DNA of 61,081 nucleotides from a virus (Duplodnaviria; Caudoviricetes): IMG/VR virus record IMGVR_UViG_3300039308_000035; one strand, 5' to 3'. Shown piece by piece: positions 54,428 to 61,081 of this stretch (position 1 is its first letter; each line of letters starts with the position of its first letter). The notes under the pieces were generated by a model. It saw only the letters and a program-made list of their open reading frames with translations, ran no database searches and was not told where the DNA came from. The position numbers and the translations under genes were made by a program.

Positions 54428-57400
54428 CTCAAGATATCGGGCTTGAAGCTACAACAACAACCCCCTGCCCACTCTGCAACCATGATCACTACTGCTATTT
54501 GGTGCAAGACGAGCAGGGCAGCATCTTTAAAGCTGTTTGTCAGTGGACGGAGCAGCCGCCTGAAGGATGGGACAGGGTTAGCACCGCCAAAGATGGGCGA
54601 GGCGTTTTCCTCAAACGTGGCTACCATCGCAGCAAACGCAAGCACTACCCCGACTTTGTTCAGCTCTCCCAAAAGCCAATCCCTGAAGACATTCCCCAGT
54701 GGCAACCGGTTGATCCAGGCGATCGCTCTATTACCACCGGTGATCTGGTCCGCTTCAAACAAGGCAAAGATCTGTTTGAGGTTCATAAGACCCAAGGTGG
54801 TAACTACGGCGGCAATTGGCAGATTCTCGTCACGCTTAAAACACCTGGCTCTACATCTGACATCAAGTACCAGGACGTTCCAGAAGCTGATTTAGCCATT
54901 GCAACCACGGACCTCAAAACGGGTGCAGCGGAGCAGGAAATCGAATACCTTTATCCCGCCATCGATGGCACACCGGCAGGCAAAGTTGTTCGCCGTCAGT
55001 GGAGCGATCGCCGGCGCGTGTATGAGCGGTTCCGCAAAACCAAACAAGTGCGGCCCTTCCATTGGTTGGGACGTTCTGATGAAGGCTTCTGGAGCCAGGG
55101 CAAGGGCGATCGAGCCTGGGGACTGTATCGGGAAGCTGAAGCGAAAGAAGAGATTCTGCGCGGCGGCATTGTCTTTGCAGTTGCTGGCGAACAAGCGGTT
55201 GAAACCTACCGCGAGCTGGGGCTAGTCGCTACCACCTGCCAGGGCGGAGAATCCAACTGGCAAGAGATTGTCGATCGTCTCAAAGAGGTGTTCATCTCTG
55301 CTAAAGATGATGGACTGAAGCCAATCCTGGCGATTCACCCAGATCATGATGTGACCGGCGAGAGCAAGTTCTCAGACCTGCTCAAAGAGTGCGAATTTTC
55401 CAAAATTCCAGCCGTCCTCATTGAGCCGCTTGATTTATGGGGTGAGATGCCCGTTGGCGGTGATATTTGGGATTTGGTGCACCAATCAGGCATGGGTGAA
55501 GCAGTCATCCTGCAAGCGCTCGAAACGGCAATTGATGAAGCGATCGATCGCCAGGAGAACGAGATTTTCGCCCGGCAGCAGCGCGAACGTTGGCAAGCCC
55601 CTGAAGCCTACCGGGGGGAGCTGGGCTACTGGAAAGAGGACAAGGACACTGGCAAGCGCTACTTCCGTCCCCAAGCTGACTTCGACTTTCAAATTGAGCG
55701 AGAGCTGATTAGTGAAGACGGTGGCGGCTTAGTGCTTCAGGTGAAACGAGCTGATGACAGTGGGCAGCGGCGCGTCTATCTCAAGTCCGCAGAATACAGC
55801 AGCGTTCAGAAGTTCACCGATGCCCTTAAAAAGTCGTTGGGTGCAGGGATTGTTTGCAACCTGTCTAACTATGCGCTGCAATCGCTCATTCGAGTCCGGA
55901 TGCATGAGTATCGCGTCACCCGCCGCGGCAAAGCATACCGATTGATCGATCGGGTCGGTCAGCAGTCCGATGGAACTTGGGTGTTTAAACACTGCCAGTT
56001 CACCCGCACCGGAGAGCCAACCAGTGAAGAGAAGTCACTCTGGGTCTGGAATCCGGAGCTGACGGGTGATGACTTGCACTTTAAATCGCCGGCGATCGCC
56101 TCCCAGGATCCACAAGCACTCACAAAGCTGGTTGCAACGATGCACCGGGCATTCGGCAGCAACTTTGCTCCAGCCATGCTGACGCTAGGATATGGCGCAG
56201 CCGGTGTTCACTATCAGGAGATTCAGGAGCGAGAGGGCGCCTTCCCTATCCTTAATTTGTATGGCGACCCTGGCAGCGGCAAAACCACGGCTGCTGAGTG
56301 TGCTCTATCCCTGACGAGCCAACACAAAGAAGGGATGATGGTCGAAGTCTCTGTTTCAGCTGCTTATGAGCGGTTGAAACTGGCAGGTGGCTTACTTCAC
56401 TGTCTGGATGACCCCAAACGGGATGAATCACTCGACGACTTTCTGAAGGGCTTCTACAACGCCAAAGCCAGGGTGGTCAGAGGTAAAGACAGTGCAGGCT
56501 TCAATACTCAAAGACCTCACAGCCCCCTGATGGTGACTTCAAACCATGCCTGCGGGGAAAACAGTGCAGCAACTCAGTCGCGCCTGGTCCGGATCTTCTT
56601 CCCCAAAGCGCAAGACGGTGACGCAGAAGCTTTTCGCGAGCTGACCCCAACCGGGGTTTTGGCGATCGCCTCTGGTTGCTTCACTCAGCTAGTGCAGATG
56701 GGCTATCCCTATCAGGAAGTGTATGCCCTAGAACAGGAGCTGGCAGCACAGATTCCCAACGCTCACTTGAGGATTGCTAAATCGCTGGCCCTACTGCTCT
56801 GCTATGCCATGAAGGTGGCAGAACTAGCAGGCATTGACCCCAAACCGCTCAAGCGATACGTCCTCGACGTGGTTTGCACCCAGGTCAATGACCCAGATGA
56901 ATCGGGCGATAGCCTCAGAGACTTCTTTGAGAAAGTTTTCTCGCTCGACTCAGAAGCCAAAATTGGGGAATGGAATTGCCGTTGGGTTGATAAAAATGAC
57001 GGCAGCCGGACACTGGCAATCTATCTACCTGGAGTCTGGGCTGCACTCGATCGAGAGTACAAAGTCTCTTACAACCGAAAAATCATTGAGTCGCTGCTGC
57101 TGAGCAAGGGACTAGAGAAGACTCGGGCAAACTTCCACGCCGACGAGGACCAGAGCCGAGCTTACAAGCGAGCAAAACTAACTGCAGCCGACAGCGAGTT
57201 GGTTAATCAACCTGAGCGAACTCAGAGATGGTGCTACGAGCTGCCAGAATCTCTGCTGAGAGAGTACAGCGAGAAAAGCGGCAGTGGATCATCGAGATCA
57301 TCAAGATCATCAAGCCCGAAAAAAGAGCCTGAAACCCTTGGTAGCTCTGGGGAAACTACTGATGATCTAAAAGATCATCAAAGATCATCAGAGATCATCA

Positions 57401-57762
57401 AGCCCAACCCTGATGATCTTTCTCCTCCCGCTGATGATCCTTTGATGATCCAAAAGATCATCAACCAAAACCCTGATTCAGAGAGCGTTTTAACCCCTTC
57501 AGAGCCTCTTGATGATCTTGATGATCTGGAAAATGCAAAAGGTCGTTCTAGCTTAACAGTCGTTAACAATTGCAACAGTCCGCCTCCCCTAGAACCAGGC
57601 GATCGGGTCAGGTATGTGGGCAAGCACCGACCCTTAGCCAATGTGTGTGGAGAACGAGCACTGACGATCGACAAAATTCAGGACGAAATAGCTTCCTGTT
57701 CCTACTCAACCTGGTACGTCACCCGCGACATTCCCCTTGCTGATTTAAGGAGGGTCATATGA
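54424..57762 (+). CDS. Primase-helicase replication protein (Zn finger, TOPRIM-like domain, P-loop ATPase)
   Basis: CPLCNHDHYC, AGEQ...PDHD...GGDIWD, GDPGSGKT, LHCLDD. Confidence 0.85.
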   Translation: MTQDIGLEATTTTPCPLCNHDHYCYLVQDEQGSIFKAVCQWTEQPPEGWDRVSTAKDGRGVFLKRGYHRSKRKHYPDFVQLSQKPIPEDIPQWQPVDPGDRSITTGDLVRFKQGKDLFEVHKTQGGNYGGNWQILVTLKTPGSTSDIKYQDVPEADLAIATTDLKTGAAEQEIEYLYPAIDGTPAGKVVRRQWSDRRRVYERFRKTKQVRPFHWLGRSDEGFWSQGKGDRAWGLYREAEAKEEILRGGIVFAVAGEQAVETYRELGLVATTCQGGESNWQEIVDRLKEVFISAKDDGLKPILAIHPDHDVTGESKFSDLLKECEFSKIPAVLIEPLDLWGEMPVGGDIWDLVHQSGMGEAVILQALETAIDEAIDRQENEIFARQQRERWQAPEAYRGELGYWKEDKDTGKRYFRPQADFDFQIERELISEDGGGLVLQVKRADDSGQRRVYLKSAEYSSVQKFTDALKKSLGAGIVCNLSNYALQSLIRVRMHEYRVTRRGKAYRLIDRVGQQSDGTWVFKHCQFTRTGEPTSEEKSLWVWNPELTGDDLHFKSPAIASQDPQALTKLVATMHRAFGSNFAPAMLTLGYGAAGVHYQEIQEREGAFPILNLYGDPGSGKTTAAECALSLTSQHKEGMMVEVSVSAAYERLKLAGGLLHCLDDPKRDESLDDFLKGFYNAKARVVRGKDSAGFNTQRPHSPLMVTSNHACGENSAATQSRLVRIFFPKAQDGDAEAFRELTPTGVLAIASGCFTQLVQMGYPYQEVYALEQELAAQIPNAHLRIAKSLALLLCYAMKVAELAGIDPKPLKRYVLDVVCTQVNDPDESGDSLRDFFEKVFSLDSEAKIGEWNCRWVDKNDGSRTLAIYLPGVWAALDREYKVSYNRKIIESLLLSKGLEKTRANFHADEDQSRAYKRAKLTAADSELVNQPERTQRWCYELPESLLREYSEKSGSGSSRSSRSSSPKKEPETLGSSGETTDDLKDHQRSSEIIKPNPDDLSPPADDPLMIQKIINQNPDSESVLTPSEPLDDLDDLENAKGRSSLTVVNNCNSPPPLEPGDRVRYVGKHRPLANVCGERALTIDKIQDEIASCSYSTWYVTRDIPLADLRRVI
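57287..57526. repeat. Iteron-like GATCATC array, candidate origin
   Basis: 7 direct GATCATC and 6 inverted GATGATC copies in 240 bp. Confidence 0.8.
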
Positions 57763-58151
57763 TTGCCATCCCCGATTGGCTAAAAACCTCACCGCTGGTC
57801 ATCCACGTTCCCGATCGCACCATCTTTGAACCCCAGCGCCGGGTTGTCTTCCGCAATGGATCACCCCACTTGCTCGACTGCTGCAATCAGGCATACCCAC
57901 TTGGACACTGCGACGAATTGCGGCTTGACTATCTCAAAGGCGTTGCCCTCTGGATCACTGACAACCAGCCACTCACGGTCTTTCGACTCACCGCAGCCGG
58001 CGATGAGATTGCTGTGACCGACGGGCACCGAAAAGCGATCGTCCGAATTCCGGCACCAAAACCTAAGAGCGAGGAACGACAGGCAGCAGAGTTCATGGCA
58101 GATCTCTTTGATGGACAAATCATCACGGAGGTTGCACCATGCCTATCCTGA
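57759..58151 (+). CDS. Hypothetical protein
   Basis: ATGA-coupled to the primase gene. Confidence 0.6.
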   Translation: MIAIPDWLKTSPLVIHVPDRTIFEPQRRVVFRNGSPHLLDCCNQAYPLGHCDELRLDYLKGVALWITDNQPLTVFRLTAAGDEIAVTDGHRKAIVRIPAPKPKSEERQAAEFMADLFDGQIITEVAPCLS

Positions 58152-58591
58152 ACTACACCACTAAAATCGACCCCTTCAAGACCATTGCTGAGATCCAAGC
58201 TTGCCTGGTAAAACATGGAGCCAAAAACATCAGCATTGATTTTGAAGGGAAATTACCATCTGCTCTGACATTCCTCTCTGAAATCAACGGAGAATTTGTC
58301 AGCTTCCGCCTCCCTAGCAACCATGCTGGAGTGCTGCGGGCAATGAAGAAAGATCGAGATATTCCACCTCGTTATAAAACCGAAGGCCAAGCCCGACGCA
58401 TAGCTTGGCGAATCACAAAAGACTGGGTGGAAGCTCAGATGGCAATCGTGGAAGCGGAACTTGCCTCACTGCCAGAGGTTTTTCTGCCCTACGTTGTGAT
58501 GCCTTCAGGACAGACTTTATTTAGCGCAGTGAGCGATCGAGGGTTGAAATTGTTGACAGGAGGCGGTGAAAGCAATGCCCATGAACCGTAA
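58139..58591 (+). CDS. Conserved phage protein
   Basis: MPILNYTTKI...QARRIAWRITKDWVEAQMA...EVFLPY. Confidence 0.7.
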   Translation: MPILNYTTKIDPFKTIAEIQACLVKHGAKNISIDFEGKLPSALTFLSEINGEFVSFRLPSNHAGVLRAMKKDRDIPPRYKTEGQARRIAWRITKDWVEAQMAIVEAELASLPEVFLPYVVMPSGQTLFSAVSDRGLKLLTGGGESNAHEP

Positions 58592-58967
58592 GCTCTACCC
58601 ACCTAACTGGAACGAGATTGCCCTCCAGATCAAAACTGAAGCCAACTGGATCTGCCAGGAGTGCGATCGCCCTTGCCGACGGGTAGGAGAAAGTCTGGCT
58701 GAGTTCGTTGAGCGAATTCAAGGCTGGAGCCATGCCGATCTGGACTGGATCAACCAGACCGCCGTCTCTACCATCTGCAACAATCCCACCCGCTTTGTTT
58801 TGACCGTTGCCCACTTGGACCATGACCCGTGGAACCCAAATGCACGGCTAAAAGCGCTGTGTGCCCCCTGCCACTGCCGTTATGACCTCAAAGCTATGGG
58901 ACTCAAGCGACGGATTAAGCGAGAGCGTGAAGGGCAGTTAACGCTATTTCAGGAGGTAGACCCATGA
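58581..58967 (+). CDS. HNH endonuclease-like protein
   Basis: YPPNW...CQEC...LTVAHLDHDPWN...LCAPCH. Confidence 0.85.
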   Translation: MNRKLYPPNWNEIALQIKTEANWICQECDRPCRRVGESLAEFVERIQGWSHADLDWINQTAVSTICNNPTRFVLTVAHLDHDPWNPNARLKALCAPCHCRYDLKAMGLKRRIKREREGQLTLFQEVDP

Positions 58968-59191
58968 AACCTCCCAAGCATCCTAAAGACACCATCACCG
59001 GCGCTGCCATTCTCACCCACCTTCGATCGACTGGCCAGAAGGAGAAAGCCTTAGCGATCGCCGCTGCAACCGGCTGCAATCCTTCTCTCGTTCGCCGCTA
59101 TCTCATGCGCCTGCGATCGGCTCGGTTGGTGAATTGTGAGGGCACAGATCCTGTCCATTGGTTTGCCGTTGAAGAGGAGGTCGATCGCTGA
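58964..59191 (+). CDS. Winged-helix protein
   Basis: AIAAATGCNPSLVRRYLMRLRSARLV...W. Confidence 0.7.
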   Translation: MKPPKHPKDTITGAAILTHLRSTGQKEKALAIAAATGCNPSLVRRYLMRLRSARLVNCEGTDPVHWFAVEEEVDR

Positions 59192-59194
59192 TGC

Positions 59195-59404
59195 ATGAAC
59201 GCAAACCTCAGAGGCGAAATCCTCGCAACGGTAAGGCGAGTGCCCGGTCTATCAGCGAATCAGATTGCCCTATTGGTGGGATGCACCTGGCAGACAGCAA
59301 TTCGACATCTTTGCCGACTGAAAGACGATCGATTGGTGAGAAGCCAGGGAAACTGCCATCAGAAGTGGTTTCCAGTGGAAAGTTTCAGCCCGGAGACTAT
59401 CTAA
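59195..59404 (+). CDS. Winged-helix protein (paralog of the previous gene)
   Basis: GAGGAGG RBS; SANQIALLVGCTWQTAIRHLCRLKDDRLV...W. Confidence 0.65.
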   Translation: MNANLRGEILATVRRVPGLSANQIALLVGCTWQTAIRHLCRLKDDRLVRSQGNCHQKWFPVESFSPETI

Positions 59405-60081
59405 CCGAAGATGCGAACGACTACAGCAATCCTCACTGGAAAGGACTTGCTTGCCTCATCCGACATGGACAGCTGATTAACTATCGCCCTTTCCCTGGTA
59501 TGCCCTCGGCTGCTTCGCGCCCTTATCTCCGATGGGAGGATGGCTCTGAAGGGTTTGCCAATGAGGTCAATCTCAAGCTGATTGACCGTCCCCTAGAACA
59601 GTCGATCGAACTAGGGCACTGCTACTGCATTCGCCTTGACTCTGGCTTTGTTGAAGCGACTGCTGTCCCAACCGAAACCAACGAAACACATGGGCGAGTT
59701 TGCCTACTGCCTAGCAATAAGTTCGCCTCATTCCGTTATGGAGACGGTCGCATCGTGCAGCTGCCAATCGATCGAGTGCAGTTCCATGTCTCAGAACCCT
59801 CACCCCTAGAACGGCTTTGCGAGGAACGCGCGCAACTGGAATCCGATGGGCTAGGACCGGCTCAAGGCTGGATTGAAACCGGCAAGGTCAAAGGCAGAGA
59901 CTTCAGGCAAGCCTGGTGGCGAAGTAAGCAGCCGATTTTTGCTGGCAAGAAAACTCGCTACATCGGCAAGCAGGGCAGTCCAGAACACCGGCGGGCGATC
60001 GAGCAGAAAGCCCGGAGGAAGCGGTGGGAGCGTGTTTGTAAGCAAATTCAAATTCTAGAAAAGGAGATAGGAGATGCGTGA
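59365..60081 (+). CDS. Hypothetical protein (start uncertain; possibly the frameshifted continuation of the wHTH)
   Basis: In-frame GTG at 59365, KFQPGD motif, C-terminal KKTRYIGK. Confidence 0.55.
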   Translation: MVSSGKFQPGDYLTEDANDYSNPHWKGLACLIRHGQLINYRPFPGMPSAASRPYLRWEDGSEGFANEVNLKLIDRPLEQSIELGHCYCIRLDSGFVEATAVPTETNETHGRVCLLPSNKFASFRYGDGRIVQLPIDRVQFHVSEPSPLERLCEERAQLESDGLGPAQGWIETGKVKGRDFRQAWWRSKQPIFAGKKTRYIGKQGSPEHRRAIEQKARRKRWERVCKQIQILEKEIGDA

Positions 60082-60814
60082 CTTTAGAAAAGACCATCAA
60101 CAAGCCGCGCAATGGGCTTATGAAATGGTGAACGGTTCAGAAAACTGGGCAATCTTTGACACAGAGACTACCGGCTTGGGTGGGGACGCTCAAATCTGTC
60201 AAGTTGGGTTGATCGCTCCTGATGGCTCAACGCTGCTAGATGCTTTAGTGCGTCCGACAATTCCCATTCCGGCTGATGCGACCAAAATTCATGGCATTAC
60301 CGATGAAATGGTAGTGGGCGCAAGAAGCTTCCCCGAAGTCTTTATGGAGCTTTGGCAAGCGACAGGGCGACGGCAGCTCATTATCTACAACGCCAGTTAT
60401 GACATTCGATTGGTCTACCAGTCCCTCAAAGCTTGGAACCTGTATTGGTGGCTCGATGGATGTGATCGATTGGTTGCAGGTAGCTATGGCCATAAGACAA
60501 CTACCCAAATTCAAAGATGGACATATAGCTGGATTAACGGACAAGCCGTTCATTGTGCAATGGACTGGTACAGCGAATGGTGTGGCGATTGGAGTGACTA
60601 CCACGGCAACTATCGCTGGCAGAAGCTTCCTGGTGGTGACCACACAGCTATAGGAGACTGCAAGGCAACACTGGCAGTATTGCAGCGCATGGCAGCGAGT
60701 TATGAACACACAGAAGCTCCGGAACTGCCGATCGAGACTCCCGGCGCAAAGCTTGTGGAGATGCCAACGCTCGAGGCAACCGCGCCTGACGAATATTCAG
60801 ACATTCCGTTCTAG
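60074..60814 (+). CDS. DEDDh 3'-5' exonuclease (DnaQ-like)
   Basis: FDTETTG, YNASYD, HTAIGDC; SSB-like DIPF tail. Confidence 0.92.
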   Translation: MRDFRKDHQQAAQWAYEMVNGSENWAIFDTETTGLGGDAQICQVGLIAPDGSTLLDALVRPTIPIPADATKIHGITDEMVVGARSFPEVFMELWQATGRRQLIIYNASYDIRLVYQSLKAWNLYWWLDGCDRLVAGSYGHKTTTQIQRWTYSWINGQAVHCAMDWYSEWCGDWSDYHGNYRWQKLPGGDHTAIGDCKATLAVLQRMAASYEHTEAPELPIETPGAKLVEMPTLEATAPDEYSDIPF

Positions 60815-60832
60815 GGGAGGACGATCGCACCA

Positions 60833-61081
60833 ATGGCTAAGAAATTCAAAATCATCAACGAATGGCAATCTTTTGAACGCGCTGTCATGCCCAAGAATGC
60901 ATCTGCTGTTCAGCGACAGGAAATGCGACGCGCTTTTTATATGGGTGCTGTGGCAATGCTCAACATCATGAAGCGGATTGGAGATGACCCATTGATCGAT
61001 GAAGAAGCTGGCTCAGCAATCCTAGACAGCATTGATGCTGAGCTTAAAGACTTTCAGTCACGCATTGGAATTGATGTTTAG
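60833..61081 (+). CDS. Conserved small phage protein
   Basis: GGAGG RBS; QRQEMRRAFYMGA. Confidence 0.65.
   Translation: MAKKFKIINEWQSFERAVMPKNASAVQRQEMRRAFYMGAVAMLNIMKRIGDDPLIDEEAGSAILDSIDAELKDFQSRIGIDV

Larger units (their letters stand above)
1..61081. mobile_element. Temperate siphovirus-like prophage or phage-plasmid of a cyanobacterium (ends not visible)
   Basis: Ordered head/tail module, terminase, repressor/Cro switch, primase-helicase and tyrosine recombinase; HIP1 (GCGATCGC) throughout. Confidence 0.93.

Noticed and set aside
57287-57526. Repeat cluster as a CRISPR array
   Set aside because: Repeats are 7-10 bp, in both orientations, lack regular unique spacers and lie inside a CDS; no cas genes
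59191-59364. N-terminal 58 aa of the 296-aa ORF as real coding sequence
   Set aside because: The overlapping frame encodes a clear winged-helix paralog and is the better call
450-60971. Numerous short antisense or nested ORFs in the six-frame track
   Set aside because: They lie within longer motif-bearing genes and lack RBS or domain signatures

Overview
The whole window is a temperate, siphovirus-like (pro)phage or phage-plasmid segment from a cyanobacterium, shown by very frequent HIP1 GCGATCGC sites, a cyanobacterial-type HU and a SigF/SigJ-like sigma factor. The window starts and ends on stop codons and no att sites or host flanks are visible. Left part (1-32831, minus strand): morphogenesis, comprising terminase, portal, scaffold, decoration, major capsid, head-tail and head-fibre genes, a 2159-aa multi-enzyme MuF protein, tail tube, frameshifted tail chaperones, tape measure and tail tip. 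Middle (32.9-43.2 kb): HU, an HTH plus putative defence gene, a Xer-type recombinase with an adjacent dif-like site, the sigma factor, a putative lysis pair, a Crp/receiver moron and regulators. At 43.5-50.3 kb there is a coupled operon of membrane proteins ending in an FtsK-HNH fusion. Right part (52-61 kb): repressor/Cro switch and early replication genes (primase-helicase with an internal GATC-repeat origin candidate, HNH, DEDDh exonuclease). The most notable observations are (1) a GGGAA(C/T)TCT J-box-like motif in front of about a dozen genes, matching the phage's own sigma factor, (2) the polyvalent MuF protein with a candidate immunity gene, (3) the membrane/FtsK-HNH operon, (4) 15 exact copies of the decamer GTTCTAGGGG, and (5) a degenerate tRNA that appears to be transcribed antisense. 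All calls come from reading motifs by eye; no database searches were run.
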